A stretch of DNA of 61,111 bases from a virus (taxonomy: Duplodnaviria > Caudoviricetes), in IMG/VR virus record IMGVR_UViG_3300042444_000090, positions 1 through 61,111 of that record; one strand, given 5' to 3'. This document shows positions 26,316-34,792 of this stretch, one piece after another. The first letter of the stretch is position 1, and every line of letters starts with the position of its first letter. Under the pieces are notes generated by a model. It was not told the DNA's origin, made no database searches, and saw nothing but the letters and a program-made list of their open reading frames with translations. Both the position numbers and the translations under genes were made by a program.

Positions 26316-26883
26316 ATCGGTAGTTTTGGCGTTCGTCTACAGAATAAACTGTCTCCTGCAAGATGAGTTTGGGGATTGGTTGCGCGTCGATCACGTAGGA
26401 CGAATCTTGAAATATAACGTGATTATTGGGCTGTATTGTCATGCGGCCATTGTCCAAAGCACACCATATAAACATTTTGTCCTGATCGGGAGCATCGCTC
26501 CATCCATCATTCAGATGAGTGGTGCTGAACAAGTAGCGGCCAACATGGATTCCTGACTTGGTCTTGGCGCTCACTCTCATGCCGTCGAGCACAGGATCTT
26601 GCAGCGTGACGAAGTCATAGCTGTAGCAATTCCATGCCTGAGCATCATCGATGTTCCAAGCGAATTGCATTGATCGGTCAAAGGCAATCGCGTTGGGCGG
26701 GATGTTTCGGTACATCATGCCGCCTAGACGGAAGATGACGTTGATACCCCAAGCGCGACCCGGTATCGCCGTGATGCCTACCCACATGGCTTCTTGCCAT
26801 CCGATAGACTTCTCATGCGTGAATGCAGTATCCACGATGACGTAGCGATGGATTGGGATAGATCCTATTTTGCAATAACGCAT
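26305..26883 (-). CDS. Conserved phage hypothetical protein
   Basis: IPGRA, QAWNCYS, GRYLFS, LDNG...QPNN motifs typical of aquatic phage proteins. Confidence 0.65.
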   Translation of the reverse strand: MRYCKIGSIPIHRYVIVDTAFTHEKSIGWQEAMWVGITAIPGRAWGINVIFRLGGMMYRNIPPNAIAFDRSMQFAWNIDDAQAWNCYSYDFVTLQDPVLDGMRVSAKTKSGIHVGRYLFSTTHLNDGWSDAPDQDKMFIWCALDNGRMTIQPNNHVIFQDSSYVIDAQPIPKLILQETVYSVDERQNYRYDF

Positions 26884-27206
26884 TGTTTTGGCCTTTCCAT
26901 GTTGATGGCTTCCTGCAGCAACTTGCAGATGATGCGGATGCGGTTGTTGTTCGGTTCGTTGCCTGCAATTTCCTGAGCTTCTGCCAGCGCCTCAGTTACG
27001 AGCGTTTCAGTACGGTGCTTGCTGCGGGAGAGGATCTTGATCAATCCATCTGCTGCATCATGCTCGCGCCAATCAAGCGCACAGCAAACGATCTCATGCC
27101 AGTTGCCATCAACCAGCACAGACCATGAAGTGCGGCGACAATCTTCCTCGCTGTCATCTTGCGATTTGAGGGGGAACCCGTAGTAACTTCCATCGTATGT
27201 ATTCAT
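26865..27206 (-). CDS. Hypothetical protein
   Basis: 113-aa ORF in operon. Confidence 0.55.
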   Translation of the reverse strand: MNTYDGSYYGFPLKSQDDSEEDCRRTSWSVLVDGNWHEIVCCALDWREHDAADGLIKILSRSKHRTETLVTEALAEAQEIAGNEPNNNRIRIICKLLQEAINMERPKQCVIAK

Positions 27207-27208
27207 AT

Positions 27209-27916
27209 TTATTTGTAATGTATTGTGGTGGAGAACTGTTGAAGGCGACGAAGGATCGGTTCTCCGCGATCTTCCGAAAGCATTTGCCTGAATGATTTGC
27301 CGTCCGCATTGCTCGTCGCAATGGTCGGCTTCTTGTGGGACGTTCTGTATTCCAGAATGTCGAATAACTCTAGCTCAGCGCGTTCTGTGAACTTCTGTTT
27401 GCCTAGATCATCAAGCAACAGGATGCTGCATGACTTGCATTCTTGGATCACATATTCGGCTTTATTGCGCTCTTCCGCACGGGAATGCCATTGATCGGCA
27501 GCAAACTTGGCAAGCTGAGTGGCCGTCACGCCAAAGCAACGCTTGCCTGCGAGCGTATACCGCTTGATGAGCATCCAAGCAGCGCGAGACTTTCCTTTGC
27601 CTGCAGGGCCAACAAGGATCAATCCCGTAGGACTAAACTCCCAATCCTCGACGGCTCGCACGTATGGCGCATAGATCCGCGAAGGATCGGTATCCTGATA
27701 GAGGGGAGGACAGAGATTGGAGAATGCCGCGAGGCGCTGAGCCTGCTCATCCCTTTTCATCTGCTCCTCGTATGCCTTCTGCTCCTTATCGGCACACTCA
27801 TCGCACGTCGAGTCGAAGCGGATCTTACGGGTTCCTACCATGAATACGGGAACCTCGTAGGGCTTGAAGCACTCAGAGCAGGCTACGGTTTCTGTTTGCT
27901 GTTCGTCACCAATCAT
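27209..27916 (-). CDS. DnaC/IstB-like ATPase (helicase loader)
   Basis: Zn finger CSEC/CDEC, Walker A GPAGKGKS, LLLDDLG, TIATSN, ILRRL. Confidence 0.88.
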   Translation of the reverse strand: MIGDEQQTETVACSECFKPYEVPVFMVGTRKIRFDSTCDECADKEQKAYEEQMKRDEQAQRLAAFSNLCPPLYQDTDPSRIYAPYVRAVEDWEFSPTGLILVGPAGKGKSRAAWMLIKRYTLAGKRCFGVTATQLAKFAADQWHSRAEERNKAEYVIQECKSCSILLLDDLGKQKFTERAELELFDILEYRTSHKKPTIATSNADGKSFRQMLSEDRGEPILRRLQQFSTTIHYK

Positions 27917-28637
27917 ATTCGGATTCCTTTCCATCTTTGGATTTCTTGGGCTGCTGTTTGCCATACGCTGGCTGCATTGGGCTACCATCAGCGACCCACT
28001 TTGTCTTCACGCGATTCAGGACTGACTGCCATTTTTGGATCGGACGATGGTTCCAATCAATCCATCCAGAGCCTTCATGCTCCTCAAACCAATCCTTGGC
28101 TTTCCAAGCGGCCAGACCGATACGATCAGCATAGGCCAAGACTTCTTCCAACGTAGGCCACTCGCGCCCTCTCTCTACTACTATACTTGTAGATGAAGAT
28201 GAAGAGTTGCCTTTTGGTTCCAACCTAGATGCCAAGGGTGGTTCCAAGGGTGGTTGACCGTTGGTTGACGTTTGCTTGGACTTTCGGCGCATTTCGGCAG
28301 ACATAAGGCCACCTTGGCGGCTTTTCTCCAAGAACGTCTCCCGCTCGCGCTTGAGAGCGTCCAGCTTGTCATGTACCAACACGTCACCAGCGCCTGAACC
28401 AGAATCCAAGGGTGCTTGGAACATGGTTGCAACCTCCTGTGCAAGGGTGGTTGAAGCACCCTTGCCAATCAGACGGGCCAGCTTAGCTGGATCTTTCGGG
28501 ATGCTGCCATGCTGCCAGCAGTACGATAACAGCCTGATATAGGCTCCTTCTTCCTCAAGGGTCATAAGGCTGACCCTTTGCGACCCTAGCCAATCGGCAG
28601 GGTAAAACATGAATGCGGGGGCTTTACTCTTGGACAT
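27906..28637 (-). CDS. Replication initiator, DUF1376/YdaU-like
   Basis: PAFMFYPADWL..MTLEEEGAYIRLLSYCWQHGSIP; C-terminal PTLEEV..Y domain; followed by DnaC-like gene. Confidence 0.85.
   Translation of the reverse strand: MSKSKAPAFMFYPADWLGSQRVSLMTLEEEGAYIRLLSYCWQHGSIPKDPAKLARLIGKGASTTLAQEVATMFQAPLDSGSGAGDVLVHDKLDALKRERETFLEKSRQGGLMSAEMRRKSKQTSTNGQPPLEPPLASRLEPKGNSSSSSTSIVVERGREWPTLEEVLAYADRIGLAAWKAKDWFEEHEGSGWIDWNHRPIQKWQSVLNRVKTKWVADGSPMQPAYGKQQPKKSKDGKESEYDW
28232..28464. repeat. Iteron cluster, probable replication origin inside initiator gene
   Basis: CAAGGGTG(G/C)TT at 28233, 28245, 28407, 28442 and inverted at 28454-64. Confidence 0.7.
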
Positions 28638-28956
28638 GGCAGGCATGGGCTTTGCCTTTGTAGACTGCGATTGTGGCTGCGTGAGAGCGCTTGCGCCGTG
28701 AGTTGGTATATCCAACCTTAACGATGACGCCTTGCTTACAGGCAGTCAGGAAACGAGCGCCCATAGCATTGTGGTGATGCGGTGGATCTCCGCAGAAGTC
28801 ACGGACATCCTCCGCCGTGAATTCGGAACCGTTTGCGGCCATTGATGCGATGACGCCATCGCAAGCCATGACCCATTCGTTGGACGTGTTCTCCGACACT
28901 TTCGCAGCGCCTTCATCGCGTAGCCTGCGACCTTCTGAGTTATCGTATTTATTCAT
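28624..28956 (-). CDS. Conserved phage hypothetical protein (winged-helix-like)
   Basis: FTAEDVR..PPHHHNAMGARF..G.I..S.R..SHA motif. Confidence 0.65.
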   Translation of the reverse strand: MNKYDNSEGRRLRDEGAAKVSENTSNEWVMACDGVIASMAANGSEFTAEDVRDFCGDPPHHHNAMGARFLTACKQGVIVKVGYTNSRRKRSHAATIAVYKGKAHACHVQE

Positions 28957-28960
28957 GTAT

Positions 28961-29977
28961 TTATTTGAGGGTTTTGATCTTCGTTTCGGTCATGCGGGTT
29001 GTTCCTTGCTTGAACTTTGCGTCCAAGGCAGAAGGCGAATACCCACGTTTATCCGCCCATGCACGGAATGTTTTGCCATCTATCTCTCCGCCAAACAAGC
29101 TAATAATATCGTTTATTGACGCTCCCGTTGTCTCCGCCGCCTCAGCAATCGCCTCAGCAGTGAAGTACTCGCTCCCTTTGGTTGTGCTGATCTTCCAGCC
29201 AGCGACATCAACGCCTTGGCCCATCAATTCCTTGGCTTTGTCTTTGGCGAAATCCCATAGCTCTTTCTTGAACACGTTTGCCATCTTCAAGAACTGGCCC
29301 AAACGCTCAGGGTTGCTGGTCACTTGCTCGCGCAGTTGATCGAGCGTTGTATCGACGCTCTCGACAACGGTGAGAGATTCTTCAACAGGCCCAACAATCG
29401 CGGGGCAAGTGTTTCGCATAGCGCACCATCCGCAGTAGTCGCATGGCGTTGGCTGTTTATTCGGATCTTTATAGGCCGATATGATGCGGCCAACGATCTG
29501 CTTTGCCTCGTCATGCGTGAACTCATGCGTGACCTGAGTCTGGAAATCACAGAACAGGAGAATGCACGTCCAGCTATCAACGAAATGCGACTCCATGTTG
29601 CCCAAGGCATACGCTGCCATCTGCTCCATGTAGTTCCGCATCTGCCCTGTCTTAAGATCCAGAGATATCGACTTGCTTGGGATGCGAGCATCCTCAGTTC
29701 CGATATGTTCGATGCCTGACGTTTTAACCTTCAAGCTGTCCTCATCAACGATGACGGTGTCATCCAAGGCATAGTCCAGCGTTGTCTCAATTGCCCACTG
29801 CACGGACTTTTTGTCAGCGCCAGTGAGTTGATCAAGCAACGCTATATTGCCCGATAATGCAGCGCGATAGGCTGCGTCCATGTTAGTGCCTCGCTGTGCC
29901 GCTGGAGACGTACCTCCAGACGGCTGATAGCAAGCACACGCTGCCAACTTGGGCAGCGATGAATGGCGCAGACTCAT
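28961..29977 (-). CDS. PD-(D/E)XK exonuclease (Cas4-like/DUF2800)
   Basis: RGT..D, GTEDA, DLKTG, QMAAYALG, PCDYCGWC..C. Confidence 0.85.
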   Translation of the reverse strand: MSLRHSSLPKLAACACYQPSGGTSPAAQRGTNMDAAYRAALSGNIALLDQLTGADKKSVQWAIETTLDYALDDTVIVDEDSLKVKTSGIEHIGTEDARIPSKSISLDLKTGQMRNYMEQMAAYALGNMESHFVDSWTCILLFCDFQTQVTHEFTHDEAKQIVGRIISAYKDPNKQPTPCDYCGWCAMRNTCPAIVGPVEESLTVVESVDTTLDQLREQVTSNPERLGQFLKMANVFKKELWDFAKDKAKELMGQGVDVAGWKISTTKGSEYFTAEAIAEAAETTGASINDIISLFGGEIDGKTFRAWADKRGYSPSALDAKFKQGTTRMTETKIKTLK

Positions 29978-30753
29978 TTCGTAACGGCTGCGATGAACTT
30001 GTCAGGATGCGCCAGAATGCGCTCACGGTAGGAGCCTTCGGGAACATCTTTCCACGTCATGCCTTTGTTGATGACGCCTTTGCTGATGAGGAATTCGTTG
30101 GCGCTGCTGTCATGCTTGCCAATCAAATCCTCCACAGGAGCGTACCAAGGCTTGTCCTCGACAACCTCGACCTCGACAACGCTCACTTCCTCGACCTCAA
30201 CCGTGACGGCATCTTCCTTGTCAGGAGCGCTCGTCACAATATCACGGGGAAGCGACTTGGTTGGCGCGGAGAAGTCTGCAACCTCTTCAGGCGTATACAT
30301 CCCCTGCAAGACTGCGGGGAACACGGAGCGCACCCCCTCGCTGATGACGCGAGCGCGTAGCATCTGACGTGGATAGTTCTTCCAGTTGTCCTTGCCAGCA
30401 ATGCCAGCAGCTTTGGCGCGAGCCATGTCCCAATCGATGCGGAGCACTCCGCCCTGCGGGTGAGAGAATGTCGCTGCGACTTTCTCGTCGGTGTGGTCAT
30501 GCCACTCGACCTTGCCGCCTGCCTGCTGGAAACGCGCCAGCATGGCGTCAGAGCGCAAGGATGCCTTGCCTTGGATGATGTGGTATTCAGAGGCGATGCT
30601 GCCGGGGTGCTTCCCCTCAGCTACCGCCGTGATCATTAACGCCAGCGCCTGATCGACAGTTTTCATGCCGAATAGACCGCTCTTGGCGAATGCGATTGCC
30701 ATGCGCTCCATTTCGGAGACGGACGGCATTTGGACTGCTAGTTCTTTGCTCAT
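29974..30753 (-). CDS. RecT-like ssDNA annealing protein
   Basis: YHIIQGK, ARAKAAGI..KDNWKNYPRQMLRAR..R..FP.VL.GMYTPEE; paired with exonuclease. Confidence 0.8.
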   Translation of the reverse strand: MSKELAVQMPSVSEMERMAIAFAKSGLFGMKTVDQALALMITAVAEGKHPGSIASEYHIIQGKASLRSDAMLARFQQAGGKVEWHDHTDEKVAATFSHPQGGVLRIDWDMARAKAAGIAGKDNWKNYPRQMLRARVISEGVRSVFPAVLQGMYTPEEVADFSAPTKSLPRDIVTSAPDKEDAVTVEVEEVSVVEVEVVEDKPWYAPVEDLIGKHDSSANEFLISKGVINKGMTWKDVPEGSYRERILAHPDKFIAAVTK

Positions 30754-30757
30754 GTAT

Positions 30758-31072
30758 TTATTTGCTTTGGTTCAGGTTGATGCCGTCCTGCAGCTTCGGC
30801 GCGAGCGCCTTGAGAGCCTTGCGGCTTTTCGGGTAGTACTCGCGGTTGTACTGCATGATCCAGCGGTTGGTTTTGTCGTACTGAATGATGCGGTTCAGAA
30901 TACTGAATCGCGTTATATCAGCGCTATTGCGTAGGGCGAATGTCTTCATCAGGCGCTGACGATGTTTCTCAATCGTCTTCATGCTGATGTTCAGATCATC
31001 CGCCATCTCCTTGTTGGTGCGTCCAAGTGAAATCGCTGCTGCGATTTGGCGCATCCTGTTTGTCATGTTCAT
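30758..31072 (-). CDS. LuxR/GerE-type HTH regulator
   Basis: GRTNKEMADDLNISMKTIEKHRQRLM. Confidence 0.88.
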   Translation of the reverse strand: MNMTNRMRQIAAAISLGRTNKEMADDLNISMKTIEKHRQRLMKTFALRNSADITRFSILNRIIQYDKTNRWIMQYNREYYPKSRKALKALAPKLQDGINLNQSK

Positions 31073-31087
31073 TGATGTATTGATGGT

Positions 31088-31123
31088 GCGAGCAGCGAAG
31101 CCGTCAGCTACTCCGCTGCTCGC
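31088..31123 (-). promoter_or_regulatory. Intergenic hairpin upstream of LuxR gene
   Basis: GCGAGCAGCG / CGCTGCTCGC perfect 10-bp arms. Confidence 0.55.
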
Positions 31124-31162
31124 TGTTCTTTGTTGGTTGTGGTGCTGACGAAAGTCACGGGA

Positions 31163-31462
31163 CTAGATGGCTCTGAGGCTTTTGCCCTTGCACGTCTGTG
31201 CCTTGACCATTGTCGCGAGCACTTCACGGCAGCGCTCCTCAAACTGGTCGAGGAACTCTTTGCGGCAGCGCCCCTTGACCCACCACTTGCCGCACTCGTC
31301 TGCGAGCTTGAGCGCGAGCTTTTTGCTGTAGGCGCGATTGGTCACGCCACTGCTCTTCGATGCGCGGGATTTTTTCCCGTCCGCTTTGACAGCAGGCTTG
31401 CTGCTGGTGCTGGTCTTGCTTGCTTTGCTGCGAAGAATCGCAGCGCTGTCTCCGTATGTCAT
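31163..31462 (-). CDS. Basic protein: K/S-rich tail plus possible histone-fold domain (internal start)
   Basis: Own promoter and leader motif before ATG 31462; helical pattern NRAYSKKLALKLA..R..KEFLDQFEERCREVL..V...KGKSL. Confidence 0.5.
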   Translation of the reverse strand: MTYGDSAAILRSKASKTSTSSKPAVKADGKKSRASKSSGVTNRAYSKKLALKLADECGKWWVKGRCRKEFLDQFEERCREVLATMVKAQTCKGKSLRAI

Positions 31463-31930
31463 AGTTGGTATGTATGTATGGTTGATGTTGATGCCCATTG
31501 ATTGAGCATGGGTAGTATCGCCCATAGCCGTTTCGCGGTCAAGATTTATTTTTAGGGGGGTGGGCGGTTCTACCCGCCATGCCCTGCGGATGTGGGAGCC
31601 TAGGGGGGTTCGCACCCTGTCACAGATTTGGCCGTTGACCACTGCCAGCGCATGGCCCCGCACGGTAACGTAGAACGCCCCCTGCGGGTTCTTCTTGGCA
31701 AACTTGCCTAGCGTACCGCTGCGGCACACCAGAGCGAAGCTATGGCTGACCTCGCTGGCGACTTGCCTGACAACACGGGCGAAGGGGATGCCCTTGCGAT
31801 CTTTGCGGCCTACTGCCCTCATGGCGGCATGGCAGCGCGAGTACGGCAGGCCCGTGACGGCACAGAGCGCGACTACGGTGCAGTCTCTCCGCTCGTTAAA
31901 GCCCTGTCTCTCGTTGGAGATGGAGTCCAT
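31163..31930 (-). CDS. Phage protein with DCxxxA..H..D (papain-like) domain, in frame with the downstream basic protein
   Basis: DCTVVALCAVTGLPY, RGHALAVVNG..CD, AWRV; no stop before 31163. Confidence 0.6.
   Translation of the reverse strand: MDSISNERQGFNERRDCTVVALCAVTGLPYSRCHAAMRAVGRKDRKGIPFARVVRQVASEVSHSFALVCRSGTLGKFAKKNPQGAFYVTVRGHALAVVNGQICDRVRTPLGSHIRRAWRVEPPTPLKINLDRETAMGDTTHAQSMGININHTYIPTMTYGDSAAILRSKASKTSTSSKPAVKADGKKSRASKSSGVTNRAYSKKLALKLADECGKWWVKGRCRKEFLDQFEERCREVLATMVKAQTCKGKSLRAI
31514..31542 (-). promoter_or_regulatory. Early promoter P4 with palindromic operator (31508-31525)
   Basis: TTGACC-17-GATACT, A-tract upstream; ATGGG-N8-CCCAT. Confidence 0.7.
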
Positions 31931-31945
31931 GTGGTGGGGTTCCCG

Positions 31946-31967
31946 TGCGGGGGCTTGCGCCCCCGCA
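31946..31967 (-). promoter_or_regulatory. Tetraloop hairpin (9-bp stem, GCAA loop)
   Basis: TGCGGGGGC-GCAA-GCCCCCGCA, intergenic, no U tail. Confidence 0.6.
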
Positions 31968-31979
31968 GCGGGATGCTGG

Positions 31980-32720
31980 TCAGTTGACGAAGTGCTGAGT
32001 GAGATCCCACAGCTTCTGGTTTACCACAACGTCAGCGGCGGGAGACGTGATGCGGCGAACCCCGCTCCAGCGATCTCCGCGAATCAGCGTTTCTTGGACG
32101 CGATTGTAGACGTTCCACAGGTTGCCGTCCGAATCAGCGTTGCGGCGAACCTTGTTCAAGGCGTTGTAGTGATCCTGAGTAGGCTCATCCCAACGCAGCT
32201 TGGCCGCTTCCATGACGTACGTCATCTCGACGAGCGGATGCAGATTGGTGCTTCGCATGGCCTTGACGGCTTCCAGCATCTCAGGCGAGCGCTGAGCCAT
32301 TCCGACAACGGCTTCCTGCACGTTCTCGACATTGGCAAGGCGATGAATGACGCGAGTCTGGAACAGCGACGATCCAGCGATGAGGCCATTGCTGCAGACG
32401 AAACGGAACCACCCAAGCGCAATGCGGAGAGAGGATTTTCCGTCATGGCTGTTGATTATGACAATCTCAGGATGCCCCTCGTCACCGACAACGGGCATGA
32501 TGTCTTTGTGCGTAAGACGCACAAGGTGCTTTTGGAATCCGCGAGTCTCGGCGCTGTTAGCGCGGCAGATCTCGACTTTGCGCGGAACGAATCCGTGCGG
32601 CTCCAAGTGGCTGATGATGTCGCGAGTCGATACGAATCCGTACTTGTCGCTTGTGGTCTTGGCAGCGTGACTTGCCTCAAGAGGAGTCAGTGCTGTGTTG
32701 TAGTCTAGGTTGCTAATCAT
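31980..32720 (-). CDS. DUF932/DUF945-family protein
   Basis: SDKYGFVST, FQKHLVRL, IINSHDGKSS..GWFRFVCSNGL, LWNVYNRVQE..IRG, NQKLW. Confidence 0.88.
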   Translation of the reverse strand: MISNLDYNTALTPLEASHAAKTTSDKYGFVSTRDIISHLEPHGFVPRKVEICRANSAETRGFQKHLVRLTHKDIMPVVGDEGHPEIVIINSHDGKSSLRIALGWFRFVCSNGLIAGSSLFQTRVIHRLANVENVQEAVVGMAQRSPEMLEAVKAMRSTNLHPLVEMTYVMEAAKLRWDEPTQDHYNALNKVRRNADSDGNLWNVYNRVQETLIRGDRWSGVRRITSPAADVVVNQKLWDLTQHFVN

Positions 32721-32768
32721 GGTTGTATGTATGGTTTGTTGTTAGGTGCTCCTTAATGGAGCATGGGC

Positions 32769-32797
32769 AGTATTGCCCACGCGCACTTGATGCACAA
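32769..32797 (-). promoter_or_regulatory. Early promoter P3 with operator (32763-32780)
   Basis: TTGTGC-17-AATACT, two A-tracts upstream; ATGGG-N8-CCCAC. Confidence 0.65.
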
Positions 32798-32853
32798 GGG
32801 TTTTTTCAAAGTTTTTTTCAAGGCCCATTTTACTCTGTTGAAAGCCCGTGAAC

Positions 32854-33117
32854 TCATGGGTTTACCAGCAGCGAGGGAATGGGGTTCACCTCAACCTCGG
32901 AGAAGTCGAGTCCTTCAATGATGTTCGATGCTGCGGCCTCTTCTGCATCACGAACCCACTGCTCAAGGGACTGATGATTAATGCGGCAGACGTTGACGTT
33001 GCACCCCATCTGGTAATCGGTGGCTTTTGCAATGAAGTAAAAGTATCCGTCACCGTTCCCGTGAACAATGAGGCCAGTGTGCTCAATGGCTTTGTTGATG
33101 CGTTTAATCGTTAGCAT
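32854..33117 (-). CDS. Early hypothetical protein
   Basis: GDGYFYF..V.VCRINHQSLEQWV motif; start set at MLTIKR. Confidence 0.6.
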   Translation of the reverse strand: MLTIKRINKAIEHTGLIVHGNGDGYFYFIAKATDYQMGCNVNVCRINHQSLEQWVRDAEEAAASNIIEGLDFSEVEVNPIPSLLVNP

Positions 33118-33161
33118 GATGATGTATTGGTTGTTGTGGCTCGCCATTGGCGCTCCATACC

Positions 33162-33181
33162 GCCCCCGCCGTAGCGGGGGC
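33162..33181 (-). promoter_or_regulatory. Tetraloop hairpin (8-bp stem, cUACGg loop)
   Basis: GCCCCCGC-TACG-GCGGGGGC on minus strand. Confidence 0.6.
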
Positions 33182-33191
33182 AGGAGGAACG

Positions 33192-33884
33192 TCAGTGTGC
33201 CAATTCAGCCCAATCCTCGTTACTGCAGCCCCAATCCTTGAAGTCATCGCACCCGTCGAATCCTTCGTTGTAGGCCATTGCCTCTTTGGAGGTGAGTCTG
33301 GTGATCTCGTCGCCTTCGTAGGACGCACCGACATAGAAGTGCGGGTTCTTGCTGCGTCCGTAGTATGCATCGGAGTGACCCCTGTCCCAAGGGCTTCCGT
33401 GCTCACGATCCAGACGCTCAGGAACGCCTCGCTCAGCGACCATCTCGGCATCGTGCTTATCGATGGCATTAAGGATTTTCGCCTTCGCGGTTTCAAAGCC
33501 CGGCTCAGAAATAACCTCGGCGCGGCCTGCGCTTGCAGCGTAAAGCGCCTCGCGCTTTGCGTTTAATTCCTCCTGCACGTTAATGCGGTCAGCGGGATAG
33601 ATGATCTTGCCTTCAAACTCCATCTGGTTTTTCTCGGACTGAGTTTGGAACGAGGCGTCAACCTCCTGCCACTCGGCAGGAAATTCTTTGTAGCCAATGC
33701 TGTTGGAGCAACGGGCGGCGACATAAGCCACTGCGTCTTGAATGCGCTGCAGGCCCGTGACGATGTAGTCGTTGCCGCCTTTGAATTTCCAGTAGGCGTT
33801 GCCGTTGATGAAGCGCCCGTCTTTGTCGTGCGCTCCATAGTTTTCGATGGTCTGAGTTTGGATGTAGAACGTAGGTGTATTCAT
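33192..33884 (-). CDS. Early two-domain hypothetical protein
   Basis: N-domain ENYGAHD..YWKFKGG; C-domain HGSPWDRGHSDAYYGR..PH; start after conserved leader. Confidence 0.7.
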   Translation of the reverse strand: MNTPTFYIQTQTIENYGAHDKDGRFINGNAYWKFKGGNDYIVTGLQRIQDAVAYVAARCSNSIGYKEFPAEWQEVDASFQTQSEKNQMEFEGKIIYPADRINVQEELNAKREALYAASAGRAEVISEPGFETAKAKILNAIDKHDAEMVAERGVPERLDREHGSPWDRGHSDAYYGRSKNPHFYVGASYEGDEITRLTSKEAMAYNEGFDGCDDFKDWGCSNEDWAELAH

Positions 33885-33918
33885 TGATGTATGTATGGTT
33901 GATGTTTGAGTTAATGCT

Positions 33919-34218
33919 CTATTGAGCGTGATCAATATGGGGTGTTTCCCCCATGCCGTCAAGGGGTTTTTTTGGGGCGATATAGCGCCACATGAAGCCA
34001 ATGGTTTCTCCGCCTTCCACGATGGTTTCAAAGACGTGATTGCGGCTAGGAGCCTTGCCGATAGGCGTCAGGACGATCTCTGTGCCTCCAAAAGCGGGGC
34101 GGGTGGTGACTAAGCACTCAGAGCCTTCCCCCAGCTTCAAACGCTTCCTGAAGGCTTTAGGAACCACCACTTGGCCCTTGGTGCTGAACTTTACCTTCTT
34201 GAGCGGGAGGGGCTTCAT
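33919..34218 (-). CDS. AbrB/MazE/SpoVT-family DNA-binding protein
   Basis: VKFSTKGQVVVPKAFRKRLKLGEG..IVLTP. Confidence 0.85.
   Translation of the reverse strand: MKPLPLKKVKFSTKGQVVVPKAFRKRLKLGEGSECLVTTRPAFGGTEIVLTPIGKAPSRNHVFETIVEGGETIGFMWRYIAPKKPLDGMGETPHIDHAQ
33934..33962 (-). promoter_or_regulatory. Early promoter P2 with operator (33937-33954)
   Basis: TTGACG-17-CATATT; perfect ATGGG-N8-CCCAT. Confidence 0.65.
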
Positions 34219-34784
34219 TTGGCCCCTCCCTTCATCTTGCGTGTCGGCCACTGGTTGAAGACCTTGCCCAAGCAAGACACGTTCAGGATCTGCTGCGTCC
34301 TCCATTGCTCCGTGCCGCTGTTCTTCTCAACGGTCAGGATGCTGTAGTCCCACAGGTGACCGACAACGCTGGCACTGACCACGCCCTCGCCAACTTTGGA
34401 AGTCAGCTTGACAACGTATGCGTCAAACGATGCGCCAGCGTCTTTGCGGACTTGCTCAATCTCACGGGCATAACCCGCCTCGCTGATGCGAACCAACTCA
34501 GGAGCACCATAGGGACGGCATCCAAACTTGTTTTTATTGGACGCTTCGGTGATGCGCTGGATCTGAGCGCGGAACTTCGACTTGTAGACGTAGGAAGCGC
34601 GACTGTCGCGCATACCATTCGGACGGGGAGCAGCCTTGTTGATGTCATAACCGTGCTCAGCGAGCAGCGGCTTGATTGTGTTCTCGACGTAGTTGATGAA
34701 CGCTTTTTCAGCGCGATCAACGCACTCGGTTTTCTGCGGCTCAATGGCAGCAGCTATCGGGTTGGTATGTATTGATGTATTCAT
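34215..34784 (-). CDS. First early gene, conserved phage hypothetical protein
   Basis: WRTQQILNVSCLGKVFNQWPTR C-terminal motif; directly after P1. Confidence 0.7.
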   Translation of the reverse strand: MNTSIHTNPIAAAIEPQKTECVDRAEKAFINYVENTIKPLLAEHGYDINKAAPRPNGMRDSRASYVYKSKFRAQIQRITEASNKNKFGCRPYGAPELVRISEAGYAREIEQVRKDAGASFDAYVVKLTSKVGEGVVSASVVGHLWDYSILTVEKNSGTEQWRTQQILNVSCLGKVFNQWPTRKMKGGAK

Positions 34785-34792
34785 CAGGTAGG

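Noticed and set aside
27443-28156. 237-aa + strand ORF and the many other short + strand ORFs
   Set aside because: They overlap well-supported minus-strand genes and are not protein-like
28961-29977. Cas4-like nuclease as evidence of CRISPR-Cas
   Set aside because: No repeat-spacer array or other cas genes; it is paired with RecT as a recombination exonuclease
31695-32708. 337-aa + strand ORF
   Set aside because: Antisense shadow of the DUF932 gene
33919-34218. AbrB/MazE gene as the antitoxin of a TA pair
   Set aside because: No PIN, MazF or Doc toxin recognisable next to it
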